Assembly (NCBI GenBank): GCA_021839245.1
Contig: JAKCBQ010000004.1
Location: 41,851-105,850 of the forward strand
Direction of reading: 5' to 3'
Length of the DNA: 64,000 bases
Origin: Pseudomonadota bacterium
GTDB lineage: Bacteria > Pseudomonadota > Gammaproteobacteria > JAKAQQ01
Shown: one piece after another, positions 40,934 to 51,416 of the stretch
How positions within the stretch are numbered: position 1 is the stretch's first letter
How the letters are laid out: each line of letters starts with the position of its first letter
Made by a program: the position numbers and the translations under genes
Notes under the pieces: generated by a model
Databases searched by the model: none
Told to the model about the DNA's origin: nothing
What the model saw: only the letters and a program-made list of their open reading frames with translations

Positions 40934-41865
40934 CACGCGACGACGTTCTCGTGCTCGGCGGCACAGGCTTTCTCGGCCGCCACCTTCTGCCCCGCCTCGC
41001 CGCCCGCGGCGCGCGGATCACGGTTCCCACCCGCCACCCTCACCTCGCGCGTGAGCTCCACGTGCTCCCACAGCTCCGCGTCGTCCCCACCCACATCGGT
41101 GACCCCGAGTCCCTGCCGTCTCTCATCCCCCCCGGGGGAACGGTCATCCAGCTGGTCGGGATCCTGAGCGAAGGCCGAGGAGCCGAAGCCGGCTTCGAGG
41201 CGGTGCACGTCGAACTCACCCGGCGTGTTCTCGCCGCCGCGCGCCGCGCGGGGGTCCGACGCTACCTCCACGTGAGTGCTCTCGGCGCCGGTGTCGACCA
41301 CCCCCCGAGTCGTTACCTCGCCAGCAAAAAAGCCGCCGAAGATCTCGTCCGCGCAAGCGGCCTCGCGGCGACGATCTTCCGCCCCGCCGTCGTGGCCGGC
41401 CCGGACGGCGGGGCGGCCACACTCTTCGCCCGCCTCGTGCGCACGCTGCCTGTCCTCCCACTGGCCGCGGCCTCGAGCCGTCTCGCTCCGGTGGCCGTCG
41501 ACGACGTCGCCCGCGCGCTCCTCAGGGCGCTCGATGATCCGCACACCATCGGCAAGACTTATGAGCTCTGCGGACCGGAAGAAACCACCCTCGCGGGGTT
41601 CGTCCGCGCCGTGGCCCACGCGATGGATCGTCGGGTCCGCGTCCTTCCGCTCCCCGACGGACTCGCCCGCATCGAAGCGGGCCTCTTCGAGCATCTCCCG
41701 GGTCGTTTGCTCACACGCGATCAGCTCCGCTCCCTCGAGGTCCCCGGCGTTTGCACGGGGGAAGGACTCCGAGCTCTCGGTCTCATGCCCACGACGCTCA
41801 CCGCGGCCCTCGCCGGACTCGGCGCGAGGAAGAAAGTGCCGATGGATTCCGCCGGAAGGTCCTGA
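40930..41865 (+). CDS. NAD-dependent epimerase/NDUFA9-like protein
   Basis: GGTGFLG, HVSALGA, YLASK. Confidence 0.85.
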   Translation: MTRDDVLVLGGTGFLGRHLLPRLAARGARITVPTRHPHLARELHVLPQLRVVPTHIGDPESLPSLIPPGGTVIQLVGILSEGRGAEAGFEAVHVELTRRVLAAARRAGVRRYLHVSALGAGVDHPPSRYLASKKAAEDLVRASGLAATIFRPAVVAGPDGGAATLFARLVRTLPVLPLAAASSRLAPVAVDDVARALLRALDDPHTIGKTYELCGPEETTLAGFVRAVAHAMDRRVRVLPLPDGLARIEAGLFEHLPGRLLTRDQLRSLEVPGVCTGEGLRALGLMPTTLTAALAGLGARKKVPMDSAGRS

Positions 41866-41869
41866 GCCG

Positions 41870-43132
41870 ATGGAGATCTATCTCGTCGGCGGGGCCGTCC
41901 GCGATCGGCTCCTCGGTCGACCCGTGCACGAACGCGACTGGGTGGTGGTCGGGGCCCGCCCCGAGGACATGCTCGCGCGCGGCTTCCGCATGGTCGGCCG
42001 CGGCTTTCCCGTATTCCTCCATCCCGAGACCGCCGAGGAGTATGCCCTCGCACGGACCGAACGCAAGGACGGACACGGGCACCGGGGCTTCACCATCCTG
42101 AGCGACCCCGGGGTCCGTCTCGAGGAGGATCTCAGGCGGCGGGACCTGACGATCAACGCGATGGCCGAAGACGAAGACGGGCGTCTCGTCGACCCCTACG
42201 GGGGGTGCGCCGACCTCGAGTCCCGCATGCTCCGCCACGTCTCAGAAGCTTTCGTCGAGGACCCGTTGCGTGTGCTCCGCGTCGCCCGCTTTCGGGCGGA
42301 GCTCGCCCCTTGGAGGTTCCGCATTGCCCCCGAAACGCACACCCTCTTAAGGGCGATGAGCGCCTCGGGAGAACTGGCGGCCCTCACGCCCGAGCGGGTG
42401 GGCCGCGAAACGCTGCGCGCCCTCGCCGCGCCCCAACCTTCGTTCTTCTTCACGACTCTCGCCGAGATCGGTGCGCTGGGCACGCTCTTCCCGGAACTCG
42501 CCGCCCTCGTCGGCATCGCGCAGGAGCCCCGTCTCCACGGAGGGCTCGACGCCTGGACACACACCTTGCGGGTCGTCGACGCCGCCGCGGCCGAAAAGCT
42601 GCCGGTGTCTCTCGTCTACGCCCTCCTCGTTCACGATTTAGGTCAGGGCGCCCCGGGACACGGCGAGCACGACCAACGAGGGACAGAGCCCGTCCATCGC
42701 CTCACCGCCCGCCTCGCCCTCGGCAACGATTTCCGTGATCTTGGGCTCCTCGCCGCCCGCGCACATCTCGATGCGCACCGCATCCTCATTCTCCCGAGCC
42801 GTCTTCTCCTCACACGCCTCGAGGCCGCGGACCTCCTCCGGCGCAAGGAGCGGGCGGCAGCGCTCGCCACCGTCGCCCGTATCGACTGGCACGCCCGCCC
42901 GGGATGGGAAGAGAAGCCCTACCCGCAAGGACCGTATCTGATCGCCCTCGTCGAAGAACTGGCGAACCTCCGTCTTCCCGCCACACTCCGCGCGAGCCCG
43001 CCCGCCACCATCCACGCCTGGTTCGCGCACGAAAGACGGCGTCGGATCCTTCTTCACCGTCGACACCTGCCCCTCCGGGAGCGTGTCGAAGCTCGCGCCG
43101 TTCGCCGCCTCTACCCGCTCCCACAAGATTGA
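41870..43132 (+). CDS. cca: tRNA nucleotidyltransferase (CCA-adding enzyme) with HD domain
   Basis: YLVGGAVRD, ALARTERK, DLRRRDLTINAMA, EDPLRVLR, HT..V…LVHDLG. Confidence 0.93.
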   Translation: MEIYLVGGAVRDRLLGRPVHERDWVVVGARPEDMLARGFRMVGRGFPVFLHPETAEEYALARTERKDGHGHRGFTILSDPGVRLEEDLRRRDLTINAMAEDEDGRLVDPYGGCADLESRMLRHVSEAFVEDPLRVLRVARFRAELAPWRFRIAPETHTLLRAMSASGELAALTPERVGRETLRALAAPQPSFFFTTLAEIGALGTLFPELAALVGIAQEPRLHGGLDAWTHTLRVVDAAAAEKLPVSLVYALLVHDLGQGAPGHGEHDQRGTEPVHRLTARLALGNDFRDLGLLAARAHLDAHRILILPSRLLLTRLEAADLLRRKERAAALATVARIDWHARPGWEEKPYPQGPYLIALVEELANLRLPATLRASPPATIHAWFAHERRRRILLHRRHLPLRERVEARAVRRLYPLPQD

Positions 43133-43273
43133 TCCCATCGCCTCGCCAAACTGAACCCGGGAAGAACCAAGCACCGCCCGCGGAGCGTGGTGGCCACGAG
43201 CCTCCGGTCCCATGGCTTCAGGCGCAAGTCCTCCTCTCGTCGGCCCCCGCGAACGAAGACCGTCCCTAACGCC

Positions 43274-45103
43274 GTGGACACCCGGGAAGTCGCCTCTCTC
43301 CTCGCCGCTCAGCGGAGATTCTCCGAACCGTCCTGGTCGGAGCGGGGCGCCGCCCGCTGGCTCGAGAGTCGTCCCGAGGACGGCGGCCGGAATGTTCTCG
43401 TCGAGCATCTCCCTCCGGCCGGGATCCGCGTCCTGAGTCCCCCCGGTGTGAGCGTGCGGAGCCGTCTTCACGCCTACGGTGGCGGATCGTACTGCCCCGA
43501 CGGTCAGGGAGGGCTTTTCGTCGTCGAGGAACAGAATCAAACGGTCCTCCATCTCCCTCCCGAAGGCGGTTTCCGCGTCCACCGCCCCCCCCGGGAGGGG
43601 GCGCTCGGCGGACTCGTCTGGGACCGCGGCCGCCGTCGTCTCCTCCTCGTCCACGAGACCGTGGACGGCGACCGGCTTCTTGCCCTCCACCCCGGGAACG
43701 GGCGTTGGGAGCCACTCCACGAAGAGGCCGGATTCCTCATGCAACCGGTCTTCGACGCCCCAGGGAAACGCTTGGCGTGGATCTCCTGGGACGCGGGGAC
43801 GATGCCCTGGGAACGCACGTGTCTCGTCATCGCCGGGCTTGATGCCGACGGGCACCCGGACAAACGGCAAATCTTGTCGTTCGGCGGAAACACCGCTTTT
43901 CTCGAGCCCCGCTTCGGACCCGGTGGCCAGCTCTTCGTCCTCGCCGACGGAGGAGGACGGTGGAGGATCGAACGCGTGGAGGCGGGACGGACGGTGCCCT
44001 TTGTGGAAACCCCCGGAGAGATCGGGCGACCCGCCTGGAACGCCGCCGTTCGTCATTACGGATTCACCGAAGAGGGCGCCCTGATGTTCGTCGAGATCCG
44101 GGCGGGGGCGGCGCGGCTTTTCTGCCGCGGGCACGACGGGACGGTCCGTCCCCTGCCGCTCCCGTTTACGGAAGTGAGCGATCTCGCGGTCGGACGAGGG
44201 GCCGCGCTCGTCCTCGCGGGCGCACTCGCCCGACCGCCGTGCGTGGCACGCGTCGATCCTGAAGGTGCGCCGCCGCTCGTCCTGGCCTCGTCCCTCCCGG
44301 ACGGCCTCCCCCCGGAGGCGGCGCTTCCCGAACCCCAGAATTGGAAGCTTCCCGAACGGAGGGGATTGGCTCTTCAGGGATGGCTCTATCCGCCCCCCTC
44401 CGGGCGTCGCGCGCCGCCCCCCCTCATCCTCCGTTGCCACGGCGGACCGACCTCGGCCGCATCTCCCGTCTTCGACCCACGCCTCCTCCTCTGGAGAAGC
44501 CTCGGGGCCGCCATTCTCGACCTCAATTATCGGGGCAGCAGCGGATTCGGACGCGGTGTTCGCCTCGCTCTCGCCGGCGCGTGGGGTCGCGCCGATCCGC
44601 TCGATGTGCTGCGCGCCCGACTCAATCTCGTCCGCGAGGGGCGGGTCGATCCGGCACGTGTCGTCTTGGCGGGCTCGAGTGCGGGAGGCTACACGGTCTT
44701 GCGGGCTCTTGAACGCGCCCCCGCTGCGGGCGCCGTCCTGTTTTATCCGGTGAGCGACCTCCTCTCTCTTGAGGATGAGGGCGTACGTTTCGAGCAACCC
44801 TACGCTGCGCATCTCCTCGACCGCAACCCGGCGCGCCGCCACCGCCTCGCGGCACAGCGGAGCCCCCGCCCGCGGGGCGGTCTTCTCCGCACCCCCCTTC
44901 TCGTCTTCCAGGGCGACCGCGATCCGGTTGTTCCCCCAGAGACGACCGAGACCTTCGTACGAAGACTGCGGGCGCGGGGCGCGGAGGTCGCCCTGCACAT
45001 CCTCACCGGCGAGGGACACGGTTTTCGTCGGGGCGACAATCTCGTGGCGATCTGCCAATACGAAGCCACCTTCCTGGCCTCGGTGTTCGGGCCCCCACCC
45101 TGA
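43274..45103 (+). CDS. S9-family peptidase (prolyl oligopeptidase/acylaminoacyl peptidase)
   Basis: HGGP, NYRGSSGFG, GSSAGG, QGDRD.VV, GEGHGF. Confidence 0.88.
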   Translation: MDTREVASLLAAQRRFSEPSWSERGAARWLESRPEDGGRNVLVEHLPPAGIRVLSPPGVSVRSRLHAYGGGSYCPDGQGGLFVVEEQNQTVLHLPPEGGFRVHRPPREGALGGLVWDRGRRRLLLVHETVDGDRLLALHPGNGRWEPLHEEAGFLMQPVFDAPGKRLAWISWDAGTMPWERTCLVIAGLDADGHPDKRQILSFGGNTAFLEPRFGPGGQLFVLADGGGRWRIERVEAGRTVPFVETPGEIGRPAWNAAVRHYGFTEEGALMFVEIRAGAARLFCRGHDGTVRPLPLPFTEVSDLAVGRGAALVLAGALARPPCVARVDPEGAPPLVLASSLPDGLPPEAALPEPQNWKLPERRGLALQGWLYPPPSGRRAPPPLILRCHGGPTSAASPVFDPRLLLWRSLGAAILDLNYRGSSGFGRGVRLALAGAWGRADPLDVLRARLNLVREGRVDPARVVLAGSSAGGYTVLRALERAPAAGAVLFYPVSDLLSLEDEGVRFEQPYAAHLLDRNPARRHRLAAQRSPRPRGGLLRTPLLVFQGDRDPVVPPETTETFVRRLRARGAEVALHILTGEGHGFRRGDNLVAICQYEATFLASVFGPPP

Positions 45104-45133
45104 GCGGACGCGGCTCACCCGAGGGTGGCCACC

Positions 45134-45814
45134 TCAGAGTGTTCCGCGTCGCTCCTCCCCGTCGTCCGCCCCGAACCGCTCCGCCATCCAGGCGGCGATC
45201 GCCCGAATTTCGTCCCCGTCCACCGCGTGACCGTCCTCGTGCGTCCACCAGCGGACCTCGTGTCCGCTCCGCAAGAGCGCGTCCCGTGTCGCCATACCCA
45301 GCCGGACATCGACCACCGGATCCCTATGCCCGTGCGCGAGGAAGACCGGCACGGGTCGCGCTCCCGACGGACGCGGCAGCCCCGCCGGAAGAAACGTCGA
45401 GAGCGCCACCACCCCCGCCAGAGGCCAGCCGCGCGTGAGCGCGGCGTAAAGCGCCACCGCCCCACCTTGGGAAAATCCTCCAAGGATCGTCTTCTCGACC
45501 GGCACGCCCCGTTCCCCCACGGTGCGGAGGAGCGCGTCCACCGTCGCGACGCTCTCCTCGAGCCCGGCGGTGTCGATCCCGCTTCCCGGGCCGAGACGCG
45601 CGATGTCGAACCACGCCCTCATGCGCGCGCCCGCGTTGAGCGTCACCGCCCGTACCGGAGCGTGAGGAAAGAGGTAACGGACCCCACTCAGTCCGAGCCG
45701 CGCCGGGAAATCGGCAAAGTCATTCCCGTCGGCTCCGAGCCCATGGAGAAAAATCACCGCCGCACGAGCCTGGCCTCGCGGTTCGACAATCAGAGGTGGA
45801 GAAACGGTGGACAC
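45134..45814 (-). CDS. Phospholipase/carboxylesterase
   Basis: LHGLGADG, GFSQGG, HG..D.VV, GH. Confidence 0.88.
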   Translation of the reverse strand: MSTVSPPLIVEPRGQARAAVIFLHGLGADGNDFADFPARLGLSGVRYLFPHAPVRAVTLNAGARMRAWFDIARLGPGSGIDTAGLEESVATVDALLRTVGERGVPVEKTILGGFSQGGAVALYAALTRGWPLAGVVALSTFLPAGLPRPSGARPVPVFLAHGHRDPVVDVRLGMATRDALLRSGHEVRWWTHEDGHAVDGDEIRAIAAWMAERFGADDGEERRGTL

Positions 45815-45891
45815 AGGGGCAGGCTCCAACACACACGAAAGACCGATGCCTCTATGATGAGGCATTCCTTCCGAACCCCCCGGTGACCGCC

Positions 45892-46656
45892 GTGAGTCCC
45901 CACTCCTTCACCGACCGCCGCGTCCTCGTCACCGGCGCCTCGGGCGGCATTGGACGGGCCACCGCCCATGCCTTCGCCCAGGCGGGCGCCCGGGTGGCCG
46001 TCCATTACCACCGCCGCGAGGAAGAGGCCCGGACGACCCTGTCCGGCCTCGCAGGCTCGGGGCACCTCCTCCTCCGCGCCGACCTTGACGATGACGAAGA
46101 CTGCCGCCGGCTGATCGCCGAGAGCGAGTCACGCCTCGGCGGCCTCGACATCCTCGTCAACAACGCCGGACTCTATCTCCGCCGTCCGTTTGCGCTCCAC
46201 GACGACGAGAGCTGGCGCACGGAGTTCCGCCGTCAGCTCCGCGTCAACCTCGAAGGGCCGGCCTTTCTGGCCTATCTTGCAGCACGCGGGATGATCGCCC
46301 GCGGTTATGGACGCATTGTCAACGTGGGTTCGCGCGGAGCCTACCGGGGGGAACCCGAAGCGCCGGGCTACGGGGCCGCCAAGGCGGGCCTGCATGCTCT
46401 CACCCAATCGCTCGCCCAGGCGCTCGCCCCCTACGGTGTCGCGGTCACGGCCGTCGCCCCCGGCTGGGTGGAGACGGCCATGGCCGAAGAGCACCTGCGG
46501 GGACCCGAAGGGGCGGCGATCCGTGCACAAAGCCCTCTCGGCCGTGTCGCCCGCCCTGAGGAGATCGCACGCACCATTCTTTTTTTGGCCGACGACGATG
46601 CGGAGTACCTCACGGGATCCATCCTCGACGCCAACGGTGCTTCCTACCTGCGCTAG
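45892..46656 (+). CDS. Short-chain dehydrogenase/reductase
   Basis: TGASGGIG, NNAG, YGAAK. Confidence 0.9.
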   Translation: MSPHSFTDRRVLVTGASGGIGRATAHAFAQAGARVAVHYHRREEEARTTLSGLAGSGHLLLRADLDDDEDCRRLIAESESRLGGLDILVNNAGLYLRRPFALHDDESWRTEFRRQLRVNLEGPAFLAYLAARGMIARGYGRIVNVGSRGAYRGEPEAPGYGAAKAGLHALTQSLAQALAPYGVAVTAVAPGWVETAMAEEHLRGPEGAAIRAQSPLGRVARPEEIARTILFLADDDAEYLTGSILDANGASYLR

Positions 46657-46908
46657 GTGCGCCGGCAGGCCAGAGGTTGTTCCGGGAGGAACCCGTACCC
46701 GTGTCCTCCCCGCGTCCTTCGGGGACGCCCGGGGCCACCACCCGAAGCGCACGCAACCCAGTCGTTCGCCACCCTCTCGGGAGAGGACGAAGGACGGCGC
46801 CCTCGTGGGGGCGGCCCGCTACGGAGAGGCGCGGCACGACGCCACAAAGCGTCGAACCTCGTGGTATAGTCCTCGCCCTTTCAGGCGTCCGTCACGGGGA
46901 CCCGCACC

Positions 46909-48717
46909 ATGCCCCGGCCCGATCCGATCCCTTATTCCGACGAAACACTCTGGCGCATTCTCTCCGCCACCCGGACCATTGCTCTCGTGGGGGCCTCCGC
47001 CAACTGGAACCGGCCGAGCCATTTCGTCATGAAGTATCTCCAAAGCAAAGGCTATCGTGTGATCCCGGTCAATCCGGGCCTGGCCGACGGCGAGCTCTTG
47101 GGCGAGCGCGTTTACGCCGGTCTTCGCGACATTCCCGAACGCGTCGACATGGTGGACATCTTCCGTGCCTCAAAGGAGGTGCCGCCGATCGTCGAGGACG
47201 CGATCGCGATCGGCGCCCGGGTGGTCTGGATGCAGCTCGGCGTGCGCCACGACGAGGCGGCCGCCCGCGCCAGAACCGCCGGCATCGAAGTGATCATGAA
47301 CCGCTGTCCCAAAATCGAGTTCAGCCGACTCGGCGGCGAACTCTCCTGGAGCGGGATCAACTCGGGTCTGATCCGCAATCGCGCCGCGAGCACGCCGAGA
47401 GACGCCGTCAACGGCAAGGCGCCGCCGTTGCCCGAGCGCAACCCAAACTACGGTTTTGAGACCCGCGCCGTTCACGCCGGCGCCGCCCCCGATCCCGCCA
47501 CCGGGGCCCGCTCGACGCCGATTTATCAAACCGCGGCCTACGTGTTCGACTCGATCGATCACGCCGCCTCGTTGTTCAACCTGCAAAACTACGGCTACAT
47601 CTACTCGCGCCTGAACAACCCCACGGTCTCGGTGCTGGAAGAGAGAATCGCGAGCCTCGAAGGCGGGCGCGCGGCCCTGGCCTCCGCCTCCGGGCAGGCG
47701 GCCCAGTTTCTCACTTTCTTCACTCTCCTCGAACCCGGCGACGAGTTCCTCGCCTCCCAGAATCTCTACGGCGGGACCGTCACGCAATTCACGCTTTCGT
47801 TCAAAAAACTCGGCTGGCAGTGCCGTTTCGTCGACCCCGCCGATTCCGAAAACTTCCGCCGGGCTCTCACGCCTCGCTGCAAGGCGATCTTCGTCGAAAG
47901 CTTGAGCAACCCCGGCGGGCTCATCGTCGATCTCGAAGCGGTGGCGGCCATCGCGCACGACGCCGGCATCCCGCTCGTCGTGGACAACACCATGGCGAGC
48001 CCCTATCTCTGCCGCCCCATCGAGTGGGGGGCCGACATCGTCTGCCATTCCACCACCAAATACCTCGCCGGGCACGGGCACGCGATCGGCGGGGCCCTGG
48101 TGGAATCGGGCCGGTTCGATTGGGCGCAAGGCGGCCGCTTCCCCTCGCTCACCGAGCCGGAGCCGGCCTATCACGGCCTCAAGTTCTATGAGAATTTTGG
48201 TGATTTCGCCTTCACAACCAAGGCGCGGGCGGTCGCCCTGCGCGATTTCGGTCCCACCCAGGCCCCGATGAACGCGTTCCTCACCCTCACGGGCATCGAG
48301 AGTCTCGCCGTACGCATGGAGCGTCACGTCGCCAACGCCCAGAAGGTGGCCGAGTTCCTCGAGACCCACCCGCGCGTCGCCTGGGTTTCCTACGCCGGGT
48401 TACCGTCCAGTCCCCACCACGCGCTGGCCAGGAAATATCTCCCGCGGGGACCCGGCGCGGTGTTCACTTTTGGCGTTCGAGGAGGGTTTGCGGCGGGAGT
48501 GAAGATCGTGGAAAGCGTCCGGCTTTTCTCCCACCTGGCCAACGTCGGCGACACACGCAGCCTCATTCTCCACCCCGCCTCGACCACCCATCGCCAGCTC
48601 AACGAGGAACAGCGGCAAAGCGCCGGCGCGGGCGACGACGTGATCCGACTCTCGATCGGCCTCGAATCCGCCGACGACCTGATTGCCGACCTCGATCAGG
48701 CGCTCGGCCAGACGTAA
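46909..48717 (+). CDS. metY: O-acetylhomoserine sulfhydrylase fused to N-terminal CoA-binding (YccU-like) domain
   Basis: N-terminal IALVGAS…YL…GY..IPVNP, DIFR, WMQLG; C-terminal YSRLNNPT, HSTTKY, ANVGD..SL..HPASTTH. Confidence 0.9.
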   Translation: MPRPDPIPYSDETLWRILSATRTIALVGASANWNRPSHFVMKYLQSKGYRVIPVNPGLADGELLGERVYAGLRDIPERVDMVDIFRASKEVPPIVEDAIAIGARVVWMQLGVRHDEAAARARTAGIEVIMNRCPKIEFSRLGGELSWSGINSGLIRNRAASTPRDAVNGKAPPLPERNPNYGFETRAVHAGAAPDPATGARSTPIYQTAAYVFDSIDHAASLFNLQNYGYIYSRLNNPTVSVLEERIASLEGGRAALASASGQAAQFLTFFTLLEPGDEFLASQNLYGGTVTQFTLSFKKLGWQCRFVDPADSENFRRALTPRCKAIFVESLSNPGGLIVDLEAVAAIAHDAGIPLVVDNTMASPYLCRPIEWGADIVCHSTTKYLAGHGHAIGGALVESGRFDWAQGGRFPSLTEPEPAYHGLKFYENFGDFAFTTKARAVALRDFGPTQAPMNAFLTLTGIESLAVRMERHVANAQKVAEFLETHPRVAWVSYAGLPSSPHHALARKYLPRGPGAVFTFGVRGGFAAGVKIVESVRLFSHLANVGDTRSLILHPASTTHRQLNEEQRQSAGAGDDVIRLSIGLESADDLIADLDQALGQT

Positions 48718-48777
48718 CACTCGGCGACGACGCCGGAGAGGGCCGGGAACCCGATCGACGCGGCCGCCCCGGATATA

Positions 48778-49893
48778 GTGAAGGCGTCGCCCACAACCAC
48801 GAGTCGGCCACATGAGCCACGACGACGTTCCCGTCCTGAGCGCCCCCGGGATCCTCCGTCGCCGCCTCCCCGCTCCGCCGAAGACCGTGCCGACGTGACC
48901 GGCACATCCAGTCCGCCACGTACGGGTGCGGACCCTCCTCGTCTCACGATTGTGATGGCGGTGCACGAGGGGGCGCGCTATCTCGAGGCGCAGCTCGCGA
49001 GCATCCGCGCCCAGAGTGTCCGCGACTTCGTCCTCCTCGCCCGCGACGACGGCTCGCGCGACCCCAGCTGGGCCATCCTCGTCGCGGCCGCCGCCGCCGA
49101 TCCCCGTCTTCGTCCCTCCCGGGTCGCCCGTCCCCAGGGGGTCGTGGCCACCTTCGCCGCGCTCCTCGCCGAGGTGCGCACCCCCTTCTTCGCCCTCTCT
49201 GATCAGGACGACCTCTGGCATCCGGAGCACCTCGCCCGCGGGCTCGCGGCCCTCGACGCCGATCCCGAGGCGGATCTCACGTACAGCGACCTCGAGCTCG
49301 TCGACGAGGAGGGCCGCCCCCTCGGGGAGCGGTTGTGGGCGCGCTTCGGTCTTCGGCCCGTGCGCGGCCGGCGGCCGGCGCCGCTCTTGCTGCGCAACAC
49401 GGTGACGGGGGCGACGGTGGTGGCCCGCTCGCGTCTTCTCGCCCGCGCTCTTCCCATCCCCGCCGAGGTCCCGATGCACGACTGGTGGCTCGCGCTCGCC
49501 GCCGCCGCGGGCGGCGGCCTCCTCCCGCGCCCCACCCCGAGCGTCTTCTACCGCCAACACCCCCACCAGCTCCTCGGCGCTCGGCGCGTGCGTTGGTGGC
49601 GCCTCAACAGGGACCTCCACGCCCGCGGAGAGACATTCACGGCGTACATCCGGCGCTACAGAAAGGAAAGAATGGCGCTTCACGAAGCGGCCGTCCGCCG
49701 TTTTCCGACGCTCCGACCCTGGCGGCTTCTCCCCCTTCTCGAACGCCAGATCTGGCCCGTCCGCGTTCTCGCCGCCCCGCTCTACGCTCTCCTTCTCTAC
49801 CGAGCCGCCCCCGAGGCTGGAGTGTGGAAAGCGTTGAGCGAGACCCTCGCCCTCGTCGTCTGGCCGTCCGTCGGGCGCGGCGGCGCTTCCTGA
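48778..49893 (+). CDS. Glycosyltransferase family 2 (rhamnosyltransferase-like); start uncertain
   Basis: DDGSRD, SDQDD, N.VTGAT, MHDWW, YRQH. Confidence 0.85.
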   Translation: MKASPTTTSRPHEPRRRSRPERPRDPPSPPPRSAEDRADVTGTSSPPRTGADPPRLTIVMAVHEGARYLEAQLASIRAQSVRDFVLLARDDGSRDPSWAILVAAAAADPRLRPSRVARPQGVVATFAALLAEVRTPFFALSDQDDLWHPEHLARGLAALDADPEADLTYSDLELVDEEGRPLGERLWARFGLRPVRGRRPAPLLLRNTVTGATVVARSRLLARALPIPAEVPMHDWWLALAAAAGGGLLPRPTPSVFYRQHPHQLLGARRVRWWRLNRDLHARGETFTAYIRRYRKERMALHEAAVRRFPTLRPWRLLPLLERQIWPVRVLAAPLYALLLYRAAPEAGVWKALSETLALVVWPSVGRGGAS

Positions 49894-49926
49894 GGGCGGA
49901 TCCGACCCGCCGCCCCACGCACTCCC

Positions 49927-50706
49927 TCAGCGCCGAGCGATCATCTCGAGCTCCGGCTCACCGCTCCGCGGTCGCGGGCGCACGTCGAGGAGCACACACA
50001 CACTGCGGTCGAGAAGCCGGCCTCCATGCCAACGCAACCGGTTGAGAAACCGCGCGCCCGCACGAACGGGCGCACTCCACGACCAGTAGAGACGGGGGGG
50101 ATGCAGGAGCACCTCCACCGAGTCCGGGTCGAATCCCGCGAGCTCGAGCGCTTGGAGGATCGCCCACTCGCTCAGCGGTGTGACGTGGGTGATGTCGCCG
50201 TGCACGAGAGCGCCCGCAAGAAGAGAGGAGGCGTTCGGCGTGCGCAGACCGAGCCAGCCGCCCGGGGCCAGCACACGACGCAACTCCGCAAGGAGAGGAA
50301 CGATCTCCGCCCGCGGAACGTGCTCGATGACGTGGTGGAGAAAGATCCCGTCGTAGGACGAATCGGCGGACCCGGCGAGGACCGCCGCGGCGGGTCCGTG
50401 GTGGAGCACGACCTCGTCGGGGAGACGCGCACGAGCGCGCGCCAGCATCTCGGCCGAGACATCGATCCCCTCAAGGTGCCGGTAGCCGAGGCCGTGGAGA
50501 AGCTCGAGCAGATAGCCCGTCGCGCAGCCGACGTCGAGCAGGCGCGCCTCGGACCCGAGTCTCTTCGTGGCAAGCCAACGCGGGAGACGTTCGAGGCGGT
50601 AGCGCAGAACCTCCGCGAGCGGCCGTTCGTACGCCCCCTCGAGACGGTGCTCGTAGACAGTGCGGTAATCCTCGCCGTAGTCCGGGAGTGGGGTTTTGGA
50701 GCTCAT
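49927..50706 (-). CDS. Class I SAM-dependent methyltransferase
   Basis: LLDVGCATG, GIDVS, HVIEHV, LAPGG. Confidence 0.85.
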   Translation of the reverse strand: MSSKTPLPDYGEDYRTVYEHRLEGAYERPLAEVLRYRLERLPRWLATKRLGSEARLLDVGCATGYLLELLHGLGYRHLEGIDVSAEMLARARARLPDEVVLHHGPAAAVLAGSADSSYDGIFLHHVIEHVPRAEIVPLLAELRRVLAPGGWLGLRTPNASSLLAGALVHGDITHVTPLSEWAILQALELAGFDPDSVEVLLHPPRLYWSWSAPVRAGARFLNRLRWHGGRLLDRSVCVLLDVRPRPRSGEPELEMIARR

Positions 50707-51416
50707 CGCTTCTCCGCGGCCATCACGGGCCAGTTTCTCTTGACACGGGGCGCTGCCACTCTGACGTCGCTCGCCGCGACGAGACGGCGCACGAGAGAAC
50801 GCGGCAGAACCGGGATGAGTGCCGCGAGATCCTCCGGTCGGTCCCAGTCGGCGATGGGGGGGAGAAGCACGGGCGTGCATCCCCGGGCGCGAAGCGCACT
50901 CAAGCTCATCTCGAGGGCCGAGGATGTCCCCCAAGGGATCCCGACGAAGAGTGCCTCAAGAAGAGTGGACGACGGGCGCCGCAAACCGAGGGCACCGTAA
51001 CCTCCGTCGTGCGCGGGGAGGAAGACGATCGGAGATCGGGCGTCGAGGAGGATCTCGGCGATCGCCCGCAGCGTGTCCGTCTCAAGTCCCGGGAGATCAC
51101 CGCCCACGAGGACCACGGCGTCGTGGTCGGCGAGATGCCTCTGGACCGCGTGCGCCATGCGGGCCCCGAGATCCTCACCCTCCTGGAGACGAAGCGTCCA
51201 GCCCCGGCCGCGGGCGAGACGTCGGGTCCAAGGATCGGCCTCGGAAGCCGTCCAGAGGACGTGCTCGCCTACGACCGTGCCAACCGTGGCCAGCGTGCGA
51301 CGAAGAAGACAGCGGTGGACGAGGAGCGCCGCCTGCGGACCGTAGCGTGCCGCGAGACGGGTCTTGACCTCACCCGCCCGCGCGGCGCGGGTGAACACCG
51401 CCCAGGCGAGGCGCAT
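50703..51416 (-). CDS. DUF2064/TIGR04282-like transferase
   Basis: G.VKTRLA, QEGEDLGARM, GGDLP, PAHDGGY, WGT, DWD.PEDL. Confidence 0.82.
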   Translation of the reverse strand: MRLAWAVFTRAARAGEVKTRLAARYGPQAALLVHRCLLRRTLATVGTVVGEHVLWTASEADPWTRRLARGRGWTLRLQEGEDLGARMAHAVQRHLADHDAVVLVGGDLPGLETDTLRAIAEILLDARSPIVFLPAHDGGYGALGLRRPSSTLLEALFVGIPWGTSSALEMSLSALRARGCTPVLLPPIADWDRPEDLAALIPVLPRSLVRRLVAASDVRVAAPRVKRNWPVMAAEKR

